Positions 1-11,700 of a DNA stretch of 64,000 nucleotides are shown piece after piece. The notes beneath the pieces were generated by a model that worked only from the letters and a program-made list of their open reading frames with translations, was not told the origin of the DNA and made no database searches. How positions within the stretch are numbered: position 1 is the stretch's first letter; the number at the start of each line of letters is the position of its first letter. A program made the translations under genes and the position numbers. Source of the stretch: Azolla caroliniana (taxonomy: Eukaryota; Plantae; Polypodiophyta); the NCBI GenBank assembly GCA_043228905.1, contig JBHGNT010000009.1:9548001-9612000 (forward strand), given 5' to 3'.

Positions 1-844
1 GCGCATTATATGACTCCCTCGGAAAAGGTCTTGCTACCACTGAGGCGTAGGTGGGCTCTGATCTTGCCCTCGGCATCTGTAGTTGTCGTTCCGAACGTCG
101 CTCAAAGAGGCGGTTGTCACATCTCACCGCACGACTGATTGCTTCTGTTAAGGACTTCGACTCTTCGGGGAAGGGCAAGAGTAAATCCTTGACGTCGTTG
201 CGTAAACCATAACGAAATTGCTCCATCAACGCTTGATCATCCCAAGGGATATCGGCGGCGAGTAGGCGAAAATCTGCAGCATATGCGGAGGCTGGACGGT
301 CACCTTGGCGTAATCGCCGAATTTTGTTGATTGCGGTCCTGATGCTGTCAGTATCTCCGAAACATGCTTTAAACTCACCTAGAAACTCTTCAAAATTGTT
401 GAGTAACGGGGATTCCTTTTCTAATAGTGGAGCGAACCATGCCAACGCTGAGCCACTTAACAAAGTGCCTACTAAACCCACTCGTGATGCATCGGTGGGA
501 TACCGGGAAGGATGCATTTGAATAACTAATCGTACCTGGTTAAGGAACCCTCTAAACTGCGATCGCGTTCCATCAAACTTTGTGGGAAGGCCAATCTTGG
601 GTTCTTTATGAATCCCTTGTGTTCCGAGCCCTTGTTGTTGCATCGCTACGATGGTTGCTTCGAGTTGTTGCACGCGTAACGCAAGTTCCCCATGCTGTTG
701 TTGCGTTTGCTGCTTTTCTAAGGAGATTTGCTGAAGATCCCCCAACAACCGTTGGTTTTCTTGTTCCAAAGCATGGAACTTCTCTTTCAAGCATTGAAAT
801 TCCGAGAAAACAGATTGATATTCTTCAGCGCTAACAGTGGCCAT
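1..844 (-). CDS. Ty3/Gypsy chromovirus Gag (Tcn1/Sushi/PEG10-like), runs off the window edge
   Basis: Open frame from ATG at 844 to base 1: PTKFDGTRSQFRGFLNQ...LLSGSALAWF...LRQGDRPASAYAADFR...FRYGL. Confidence 0.85.
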   Translation of the reverse strand, partial: MATVSAEEYQSVFSEFQCLKEKFHALEQENQRLLGDLQQISLEKQQTQQQHGELALRVQQLEATIVAMQQQGLGTQGIHKEPKIGLPTKFDGTRSQFRGFLNQVRLVIQMHPSRYPTDASRVGLVGTLLSGSALAWFAPLLEKESPLLNNFEEFLGEFKACFGDTDSIRTAINKIRRLRQGDRPASAYAADFRLLAADIPWDDQALMEQFRYGLRNDVKDLLLPFPEESKSLTEAISRAVRCDNRLFERRSERQLQMPRARSEPTYASVVARPFPRESYNA

Positions 845-1360
845 GGGATGAAAGAAAAGAGGAATAAGAGATTAGTAGGAAATGAGAGAGACAGAAGGTA
901 GGAAAATCGGTTCAAACTGTCAGGAACAGTACTAAGACAGAGAAGGAATTAGTACTAAAAGAAGTATTAGTACTAAGAAAGGTGAAGAACTCTCGAGAGA
1001 AGGAAAGAGTGAGTGAGGGAGGGAGAGAGAGGTCGAGAGAGGTCGAGAGAGAGTGATGATAAGACAAGATATATATTATGTGAAGAAAATGTACAATAGC
1101 TAGGAGGCTTAAGACTGGCGTTGAACCGATTTGGTTCGAAATAATGCCTTGTGCCTCCTTTTATAGTGTTCTAAGGAATACTCCTGAAGTTTCTAGAATC
1201 TTCCAGAGAAATCTGGGATATACATCAATTTTCTATAATAAAACATAAATGAAAATAATATTCTATGTATTACAATGTATAGTCTAATGGTCAAGAGCTC
1301 GACCCATGTAGTATAAGGTCATGAGTTCGAGTCTTGCCATATCATAAGGTCATGGGTTCG
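1..1360 (-). mobile_element. Chromovirus LTR retrotransposon 5' part; LTR ~918-1360, U3 end not resolved
   Basis: LTR ends ...CCTGACA at 918 on the minus strand; TATAAAA at 1165-1159; gag downstream. Confidence 0.75.
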
Positions 1361-2293
1361 AAGCGGAGTACATGGCGGATGTGGAAGCCGCCAAGGAAGT
1401 ACTATGGATGAAGGACTTCATCGAAGAGCTAGGGATCCGGCAAGAGGAATACCGACTCTATTGCGACAATCAAGGTGCCATCCACCTTGCGAAGAATGCA
1501 ACGTATCATTCCAGGACGAAGCACATCCAGCGGAGGTACCATTGGATTTGGGAGCGAGTAGAAGACCGAGAGTTCGTACTAACGAAGATCCACACGGAGG
1601 AGAACGGGTCGGATATGCTGACCAAGGTGCTGACACTCGACAAGCTAGACGCATGTCGGAAGCATATCGGATTGACGAGGCATCCCATTCTGGAGTGAAG
1701 GGGGAGTTTGTTAGGATCTTGGTCCCTCTAGATGGGATACGAAGTACCCGGCAACGGAAGACCCGATGAGAACCGGATGACGAGTACCCAGCAACGGAAG
1801 ACTCGGTGAGAATCGGATGTTGTAGGCCCGGTGAGAACCTCTCATCGGATGGAAGGGACATATATGTAAATATGTTCCAGAGAGCCCACTAGGGCTATAT
1901 TTGTAAATAGCCTGAAAGTCATATTAGTATAAATATGACCTAGGGAAAACTCAAAAGATGATGATAGAGTTATTGGTGTAACTCCTGTACAGTGCATAAG
2001 AGAGAGCGATATACAGAGATCGTGTCTCTGTTGTAACCGCCACTAGGCGAAGATTGTGAGCAAGAGGTCATTGCCCCTGTGCTCCCTGTTGTAACTCCTT
2101 CACATAGTGATAGTTTGGAGTCTGTGGACTCCCGTGGTTTTTCCCTCTCAGGGTTTTCCACGTTAACATCCTGTGTATTCTCTTTCTGTTTGTGTACTTA
2201 CCTCCATTCCCATTCCTTCTATATGTTTGATTGTCACCAAGTGATCTATATGCTTCGGTTGTGGCCGGAGATTATTCCGCATATTTCTCATCA
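1361..2293 (+). mobile_element. Ty1/Copia 3' fragment: RNase H end (1372-1698), PPT, 3' LTR 1709-2293
   Basis: EAEY...CDNQGAI...HSRTKHI...ENGSDMLTK; GGGGGAG PPT followed by TG...CA; 40-bp tandem duplication in the LTR (~1744-1820). Confidence 0.85.
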
Positions 2294-3344
2294 TTATTCA
2301 ACTCTCGGAGTTGGAGCTTACATGTAACCGCGTTAGCTATGACGGTTTTCTTGAGGTTGGCCCAAGCTTCCTTTGGCATTTTTTCGTCTCTCGAATAAAG
2401 CCAACCATGGTCTGACAAGGTATTTATGCATCTTGTACTCCCAAGATGCGAAGTTTGTGTCACAACACATTGATGTCAAATATGTAGTTACTGAGTATTG
2501 AACCTGCAACCTCACATCTACAAGACGTCATGCTCAACCATCTAGATATGAACATGTATTTATATTCTAGCATATATACATTCCAGAATATTCTAGAGCC
2601 TTTAGTGTATTCTAGAAATATTCTATGGTGTATTCTAGATGGGTATATTCTAGAGATATTTGTCAGGCATATTTTGAGATACTCAATCTCAAAACTTGTA
2701 TAAATACTTGTAACCTCCTTGGTCCCTTTCAAGGCATTCAACATCAATCATTGACACATCAATCTAGTATTCTCGTTTCGCCCCATCTTGTCTCCTTGAT
2801 CTAAATATCTTTGGCTTCATGCTCTTGTGTCGTTCCTAGATTCTTAAGTTCCACGCGCTTAGCCCCATCATCGTGCTCTGTCCAAGTCAATGGTTGGCGT
2901 GTCCGTGACAGTTTGTCCTATTGAGCTTCTCCGTAGGAAGAGCACTTCCCATATGAGTATTCATGATGTCGATTTCTTCTCTGTTGTTGAACCGGTTTTG
3001 TTGATTGTTAGTGTGTAGCACAACACAGTTGAATAAGCTTGATCAGAAAACCACACACTCTAATACCATGTAAAGAAGTGAGAGGCGTAGGTGATGTTGT
3101 GTAGCGGAGATGAACTGTGTGTGTAAGTGTACGTAAGACAAGCAAAGAGAGAGAGAGCTTAGAACAAGAAGCTTTATTAGTGAAAAATAAAATTACATCC
3201 AATAGTAACTAAGTTATAAAAGGTTGGTTTAAATACCAACTAGTCTAGGGCTATTGCCCTTTTTGTTATTTATAAAACTAGTGTAGTGTGTCCACTACTA
3301 GTGTGAATGCACTTCATTGGGGAAGTTGGGTTTGATTCTCAATA
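2294..3344 (-). mobile_element. Ty1/Copia 5' fragment (LTR 3069-3344, PBS-Met, gag start), related to the intronic Copia family
   Basis: Minus strand CTTTACA-TGGTATTAGAG; gag MNTHMGSALPTEKLNRTNFASWEYKM. Confidence 0.75.
2458..2910 (+). mobile_element. Solo LTR inserted in Copia gag
   Basis: TGTCAC...GTGACA termini; perfect 5-bp TSD GTTTG (2453-2457, 2911-2915). Confidence 0.85.
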
Positions 3345-3743
3345 AATCCCTTCATAATCTCACGTAATTCACGCATTAATCATTGTTCTGCTCTTTGCTC
3401 CCTTTAATTCCTACGATGCTTTGAGTCTGAGGAGCCTTCGACTATGAAGAGCCTTTGAGTTTGAAGACCTTTCAACATTTTGGAGTTTTCAAGTCTCCAA
3501 ATGTCTACGCCTTCCCAATCTTTGCATCCTCCCTAGTCTAGGGCCATATTTTGAAGTCATTATTGTGAAGAGCAGAGGTTAGGCATATGCATAGTGGTCT
3601 TTGGTTGTGCCATGAGTGTGGAGGTGTGTGTCTTCATGCACAATGGTTATTGTGAGGAAGCTCACTTGTGTGTTTAGCTCTGTTAGGGATAGTACTTCTA
3701 GAGGTTCCCAATTCGGCATGAAGTACTATGTGAGGGTGGTCTT

Positions 3744-6700
3744 TGTTACCGGTTAGGAACACGGCCTACCCTTAGTCCGTCGGGGTAGGTATCAAGATGA
3801 TCGTGCTGCAAGGGAGAGGAGGTTGGCATAGCGCGTAGGACATAGGGACTTATACTGTAGAGCGTATACAAAAGGCATAATGGGAGACGACTACAACTGA
3901 GCTCCTAATGTGCGTAAATATGCACATGTACTTCACCTTACGCTTACTCGTACATAGTCACGCACGGAGATAAAAGGCAAGAGACAAGAGCCAGGAATCA
4001 GAGAAGACAGAAACAATATTAAAAGGCTATGCTAAAAAATGCGCTAACCCTTTACAATGTTCATATGTCCTTTATATACATAGGGCCTAGTCGGTTACGC
4101 TTCCCGCATGAACCGTTACACGTGTTACTTTAATGCTTCTATTATAATTAACATGGTTCTTTATTATGCGTTATTTACATTTGTCCTCTTATGGCGGACA
4201 ACACCTGGCATGCCTGTGAGACAGTGCCTTGGCACGTCAGACCCTTCCTCCCTTTACACGTCTACCAAAATATTGAGGATATTTGGCTCCGAGCGCCCGT
4301 CGTTACTTGTCGTGATTGGTGGTGCTGTAACGTGGTTGGCCCCGTCGCTTTGTGACTCAACTGGCGCTTCCGCCTGTTGTCTCTCCGTGGGTGGCTCCGA
4401 TCGTATTTCTTCTTGTACCGCTTCCTCCGTAGTGACTGCCGTGGTTGGGACTGTGTCGTTGGGTATGGTCTTCGTAGTCCTCTTCGGAATGCCTACCTGG
4501 TCGGTAGGGATCTTGTCCTGCTCCGTGGATTCTGAGCGTGACTCTCCCAGGCCTGTGTCTTGCGTGGGGGCTTCATCCTCTTCTCGGGGCGTTTCCGGGT
4601 GAGCTCGGCTGGTACGCCGTCTGTGGGCAAGGAAACGTCGTTTCTTGGCGGCTCTGTCGCTGGGCGTGAATAGACATCTGGGCGTGATTCTTCCAGGCAT
4701 GTTTCTTGTGTGAGGGCCTCCCGCATTGCCGTTACCTCCGGAGCGTCATTAGGATCAGTTGGAGGCTTGTTTTGCTCCATGGAGTCACTATCCTGGACGA
4801 TAATAGCCTCCGCCCTCTTCAATTCCTCTGCCCTTTGATGTTCGCTTCCGATCTCGCACATCTGGTGGAATATATCTCCAATAGTTGTGATACCTCCTTT
4901 GCGTACCGGTCGGCTAACGTGTGGTAGTCTTCTCGTACCGCGACGATGCTCTCTTCATTTAGCTTATAGAAGCCTTTGCCTTCTTTGCGCCGATTTTCCC
5001 AGTCCGCTCGGTAGGCGTGGAGTTCCGCCGCTTGTTTTGCCCATCCGGCCCAGCCTTTGTCCAAAGCTGCTTGCATCTGCGCCATAAACCGTTCTTGCTT
5101 TGTTTGGAGGAGTACGCGGATCCAGTCCTTCTGTATTTGGGAGCGGGCTTGCGACTCCTCCAACGCCTTCTTCAGATCAATTTTCCCTTTGTTAGTTGTT
5201 GCCACCTCTTCATAGTGGGTCTTCATCTGTGCCCATATCTGGGACTCCTTCAAGTGCAGTTGCTCGAGCCGACCCATTTCATTATTTTGGCGTATTTCGA
5301 CATGGTGGGTTTGTTCATGCTCATGTGCGAGCTGCTCTTCATACCATGTGTTCTTCCTTTGTGCTAATTCCCGTAACGTCGTAATGATGGCCTCCTTTTT
5401 GCTTGCTTCCTCCTGCAGCTTTTCCTTCTCTTCCTTTGTTCGGGCATGCGCTGCTACCTCCGCATCAAGCTTATCATGAAGTGTTTTGACCGCCTTGTGT
5501 CCTTTCGCCTTGATGTTTGCTTCTCTGTCAGATGATGGAGCTCCGATCCGAGGCAGTCAATCTCCGTTTCGGCTTAGCTTCGTAGCCCTTTTTGCTTTTG
5601 CCGTGAGTGCTGCTTGGGCCTCCACCTCTTTCCTTAGCATATGAACTTCCATGCCATGCGGCGTAGGGGCCGGGGAAGGTTGCATACTGGCCGCATTGTA
5701 CTCTAGTTGCGTGATGCGCTTCTAAATTGTTCCTGGGTCATTTTTACTGTTTTCCAAACATTTTTATTTTTGATTGCCATATCTTTGGCACCTAGCTCAC
5801 TTTTGCTAACTCCAAATGAACCTCCACTAAGGTAGCATTCAAGGGAGTCAATTCAATTCTAACCCCCCGGACGCCTGCATTATGTTTCCGGCCCACTTTC
5901 GCTAGTGAACCCTAATCTTTGCTCTCCGCCGTCTGTGTTAGAGCACGCTCATTCATTTGTTGTTCGGCGTGCTCCTCAGCCATTCGCTGGAACACCTTGA
6001 TTTGATGTGTCGCCAGGAATTCCATGAGTTCATATGTCGTCCCGAATTGTAGCAACCCGCCGAAGTCATGGGCCGTATCCTGAATGTTCGGATAGTGCAA
6101 CACTTCACTTTCTGTCATAAGCACGCCTTTTCCACATTGCGATTGTGCCATTATGATTTGTTGTGGCTTGCGGATGAGTTCTAATGTGGTCGTGGGTTCC
6201 GTGGGGGCGAAATTTTCGATCGGTGCAGTTGTATCCTTTACCAGTCCGCGACCATCATTCTGATTTAGCCTTCGGCGCTTAGGCCTGGGACTACTGTGGT
6301 TTGACTCTTATTCCTTATGTCCGACTGTGTTTTGTACTTCCACGGAATCGGCGCGATTGTCCTACCGCGGTGCTTCTTCAATGGTGGAAAGGTTCGACTC
6401 TTACACCCATTCCGTCGTTGCGAGATCTGCCAATCTCCGTTTCGCAGACCGTGGTGGAGGCGTAGGTTTGCTCGTGTCCGAGATGGGGAGACCTCGAGGT
6501 GGGAACAATACAGTTAAGCATTGTTGTATTACCAGCCGTAGCTTCTTCCCGGCTTGAAATGCGTGCAAGCCCACCCTTAGCGCCGGTCCCGTGATTACCC
6601 CCCAGTCCATGGCATGTCCCTCAAATGTGTCGATGACGTGGCCTGCCTTCAGTAGGCGTTGATGTGGACACATCTGACTTCTAGCAGGAACTGTGCTATC

Positions 6701-7240
6701 TCATGGAAAAAAGAATTCGAGATATCCTTCATCCTGTACACCTTGGCGGAGGTTGAGTAATCTCCGAAATATTTCTCCAAGTCCTCTATAGGGGGAATCT
6801 CGAAGTGTTTTTCTCCTGTTGCCGTCAAACCTAGCTTCTTTCTGATGCTGGCGTTCGTAACCGTGTTGACATTTAACTTTTTGGCGATTTCTTGGGCATC
6901 GGGTTGCGGTGGCGCCTCTGCTACCTGGATGTAACCTTCGAAGCCCTTTTCCAGAAGCCATCAACACAGTGCTAAGGAGATAGGGATCAACATACTGGCA
7001 TGGCAAGGATTGTGTGAGGAGTGATTAGGGGTTAGTGCACGCGTGTGTCGCGGACCACACTGCCTGTGATAGGCTATGGAGTGAGGAGAGCAAGGAGCAC
7101 GAGGAGAGCAAAGAGGTTGAGAATGTTTTTTGTAATGTGCAGAAAACCGTTTGTTCTCCTCTTTTTGGGACTTTGGGTTCATGGGCCTGTGCATCATTGT
7201 GTCGACGCGTGTTCTTTTGCAAGGAAACTGTGCATTCATG
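3744..7240 (-). mobile_element. Gypsy (Athila/Tat-like) 3' region, copy A: decayed extra ORF plus LTR 3744-4203
   Basis: TGTT...AACA termini; minus-strand TATA (~4070-4080); fragmented ORFs 7030->4254 homologous to copies B and C. Confidence 0.7.
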
Positions 7241-7957
7241 AAAACCTTTTAATAGATGGTTCTCCAAAGGCAAAGAGTTGATCTTGGAAACTGAAGGTGG
7301 TTTGTAAGGTGCATAAGGGGCACCACAGATGTAGGTGAAGGGCATGGATCAATTACCACTCTCATGACAATGATGTAAGGTACATCTACTCTTACTTGTT
7401 GATGGTGGCAAGGACCATGGTATGGCAATGGTGATGGAGAGGTGATTTGGAACTTTGCACAACTATGTGATATGATAGCTTGTGTGGAATGAGGGTAGGT
7501 GGAGCACCTCAAGAGTATCTTGAATGGTGATTTACTTGCACCATAGAACATTTTTGCAACCAAATGAGATATTTACCAACTAGACTATTGGCAAGTAAGG
7601 TTGAAGAAGGCCAATGAGAATGGAGTTTTCTGCATTCAAAATAAGAACAATATATATGGAGTTCATCATTATTTATATATGTTTAAAAAGACCTATAATA
7701 AGAATAATTAAACCCCAAGTTTTGTTTATTCTACTGAGACAAATTCTACCACATCCATCTTGCATTACTGGTATATGCTTGTTTGTTATACAAATATTAT
7801 TATGGGGAAAGTGATGTTTTCACATTTATTATGATAAATTTGGTTTGTGTATTCCAGAATGAAAGATATAACTAGAATACTCTAATGACAAAATTGATAA
7901 CCTTCTCCTATAACTAGTAGTTGCTAATGTTTTCGTACCATCTCCTGTTCAGATTTA

Positions 7958-8163
7958 TTGAATTTGATTTGAAGTAAAGTTATGAATTAAGGGAATGGAT
8001 AGTTGATACATGGATTAACAGGAGCTCAAGTAAACCCATGGTTCAAGTGTGATTGAGGAAGGTGTTGAATTTGATTTGAAGGACAGTTATGAATTAGGAA
8101 ATGAATAGTTAATACATGGATTAATAGGAGGTGCTCAACTATAACCATGGTTAAGAGTGTGAT
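7958..8163. repeat. Diverged ~100-bp tandem duplication downstream of GEX2
   Basis: TTGAATTTGATTTGAAG...CATGGATTAA...CCATGGTT...GTGTGAT occurs at ~7958 and ~8065. Confidence 0.75.
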
Positions 8164-8718
8164 ATCATGGATGTAGAAAGATCACAACCAGAAATGCCGT
8201 GGGTGATCCATGATATTTTCATAGACACAACAAACAATTAACCTTGCAGTAGATTGGTACTAGTGTCTCTTCATGAGCTTGATGTTGCTGGCGTGTTACC
8301 CAAGATTTTTTTTACAGGATGGAGTCTTGGTTGAGGATACCATGGCCCTTCTGCATTCATGTTCTCTTATTGCTGATTTCACTTGAAGTCTGCAGTTGAC
8401 AGGTAGCCTCGCTGGGTGGGGGAGGGGGAGGGAAATACAATTGGATGTTGAGAAAGAATATATTGAAAGTACACATGAGAGTATTGGGGTAAGGTTGATT
8501 GTATATATACACGTACACTAATATTGTTGGGGATACATCAATGCATTTGGTTAAAGACCTCGTTGGGGACAATTTGGAACAGACTTGATTACATAACATA
8601 AGCAGGTGGGATACGTGAGGCCAGAAAACTGCATCAATATTATCTGGAAATACATCTGATGATTTTGTCTCAATATGGACGTCTGAGGATGATTTGATAC
8701 TATAGTAAGCTGTTTTGA

Positions 8719-8754
8719 TTACTCGTCTTCTGGTATCCACAGAGGATCATAAAA
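8719..8754 (-). CDS. GEX2: GEX2-like exon 24, end of cytoplasmic tail ([11 protein letters not shown])
   Basis: Pyrimidine-rich CAG acceptor in phase 0, then 11 codons and TAA. Confidence 0.6.
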   Translation of the reverse strand, partial: FYDPLWIPEDE

Positions 8755-11700
8755 CTGGTGGCAGTAAAAACAGACAAAATCACCAAATTAGATTGGAAAT
8801 CAATTGCAATTTTCATATCTCTTACGAAAGTCTATTGAATTACTGACTCACCATCTGCTTTTTCATTTCCGATTCCACCAGCTCTTCCACTTTAATATGT
8901 ACTTTCTTTGACCACTTGTACCAAATCCAACCAGAAGCAACACCCATAAACGAAGCCACTATTGTGAATGTTGTGATCATAGAGATCTTTGCAACACCTG
9001 AAATACTGTCAATATTAGCTAGGAAATGGTCTTGCTAATAAGTGAACTCGGAAAACACGTTCAAGAGAGCCCATTGCTAATAATGAGAATTACTCACTTA
9101 GTTTGTTGTCTTCCTTTGGATATGTTCTAATGATAATCTTCGCTGTTGCAAATAAAGGTACTTTTATATCATTTGAACAGTTTCCATAACACCCATAGTT
9201 GCCTTGATCATTGACTGTAATGAGAAGTGTATCTATAAAATTACTTTCCTGAAAACATAGCACCACAGCAACATTAGAAGGCAAGTATCAATGATTAATC
9301 TATAGGCATACATGTATATATGCATGTGCATGTGTGTATGCAGAATAAATACGATGATCAATTGCTATACCTCTAGAGGACCTATACTGTAATAAAGAGT
9401 TTTTAAAGCAGCATTTGTATCATCTACAGAAGCTTGGAATTTGATCCCTTGACCAATCATTTGGACTGTGCTGTTCAAGTCTACGATCTTATCCAGGTGT
9501 TTCCATTCATTCTGTCCCTGTCTACTGGCAGCTGTCATTGCTGGTAGACTTGTCAAAATTAATGTAAGTGTGCCTGATTGCACCTCAAGAGTAACATCCA
9601 TTTGCAGTATCTCATCTTCATCTGTCAAAATTTTCATTGGTGAAGTTAATTGAATTATTTTTATTCTCTACTACGAATGTACAAAATGTAGTTTTACCTG
9701 GTTTATCAAATTGATCAAAATCTCCTACAGATATATTGTTTAAATGCATCTCCACCGGTTGTCGTGATACTTCCGAGGAATCAACATAGAAATACTCATG
9801 TGCAGTGACAATGTATGGGGGATTATTGACAGCTTTTATTGTTATATTTACCAATTGTGTATCAACGGACCCTTTTTGGTCCATCACAGAGCAGAACAAG
9901 GTATCATCCCCATTATAATAGCTATTTCTGCACATAAAATCTCCATGTTTATCTTCTTTTCTCTCTTTAAAGTATATTGTATTTAAATACAATATATAAA
10001 TTTCTTTGTGTTTACAATATATCACAGGGAGATACCACTGCCTCTTCTAAGAAGGCTTTGACCCACTCTATATAGTAATGGAATACAAAGACAAATGATG
10101 TTTCAGGATGTTCTTGCTAGAAATCACGAAAGAGATAGAAATTTCTCTTTAGGCCATCAATAACTAACCATCACAACTTTCTCTAGTTCACTCTACAAGT
10201 CAATTAAGGGCTACCTAGGAAGGTACTTCCCCACAACATGTGAAACGTGTTATGAAATATCAGGCAATATCAATGTCTCATGCATGTACACAACAGCCAT
10301 CTGGACAACTGCTACATTATCCTTGTCATAAAAAAATAGAGGCCATTATCACCCGGCGCCCAAAGTGCCTTATTTTAGAGACCAATTAATCTGTATTAGA
10401 ATTATAATTAGAATTTTTATCGTCCATAAAGAGGCCAATTACATGTGTTCTTGATATGTGTCTACTTCCTAAGAAGGGGTATTCATACATTGAAGCACAA
10501 AGTCTCTATGTGTGAATAAAGCATACACATATGAGCTCAACCTTCTAGGGCTCTATGCGCATTACTACTCATATTGGTAATGAGATAAGGTTGGATACGA
10601 TTAATAGCCATTCTTGCTTTATATTGAGACCAACATTCAGGATTGACATTTGCAATGCAGTATAGTTAGAAGTTTCAATCATTGTGTTTTACCTCGTACC
10701 TTAGGTAGTCTGACTAATTTAGTCTGGTACTAACTAGCAAATTATGTAGTACATTAGGCAGCATGTATGAACTTTTAATTTTTTCGGAGTGTTTTTTGAG
10801 TTTCGCAGAGAGGAAGCGCTTGTAAATCAACAACCAGAAAATAGGCTACAATTCCATTAATTACACATAAACAGTAAATGAAGTGCGGACAGGGGCCTTG
10901 TTGGTGGATGAGCCTAACAGTTTTTCCTTTGATATGTTGTCTTTTTAAAAGTTATCATTGTAATATACAGGATGAGTAAATTCCATATGCATCTTTAAAA
11001 TATAGGAAAAGTGTTAAGAATCAAGCTCAACTTGTGCTTATGAAGAAAAGGACGATGTGTGAGCACACTTTATTGTAATCCGTGTGGTTGTCAAGTGTGA
11101 ATGTGGTCAAAGAATATCAGATATTCTTATGACAATCGTACTCAAATGGATATCTTGATTAGATTCCACCAACACATTTAATGTGGCAGTCCCTTGAGGA
11201 CTTGTATATAAAACCCATTTGAACCATTGTGTTTAGTTGATGATATTTAGTTAATAAAAATAGCTCCCTTCAGTGCATAAGCTGTCATCCCCCTATTGTG
11301 TATTTTTTTATTCATTTCTAGTTATTCTCTCTGATTTCTTCTCTTGCTTATACACACTCTCTCTCTCACACACACTACGCTTTTGAATACTCAACTCTAC
11401 CAGAGCGCGAGGGTTAGAGATCCTTCACTGAGCTCTACCATTGAAACTGTGTGAGCAGCTAGAGACGCTAATTCAAACCGGCTATCGTCGCTGTAGTGTT
11501 GCACGGCAAGAGGTTCACGTTAATAGGAGCATACAAATCAAGCTAAATCAGAAAGATGAATGCACAAATGGGTAGAGCACTTCCAACAAAGAAGTTGGAC
11601 AGGCACAACTACGCATCTTGGGAATATAAGATGCCGCAGTAGTTAGTTGGCCAAGGGTATTGGAGTTATATATCGAGGGAGCTCAAGAAACAGCCCCCGA

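Noticed and set aside
7249-7620. Minus-strand ORFs 7025-7563 as a gene
   Set aside because: No motifs or splice support; likely decayed repeat sequence
8357-8740. 127-aa minus-strand ORF as a GEX2 C-terminal extension
   Set aside because: Different frame from the spliced exon 24; no recognisable motif; probably 3' UTR
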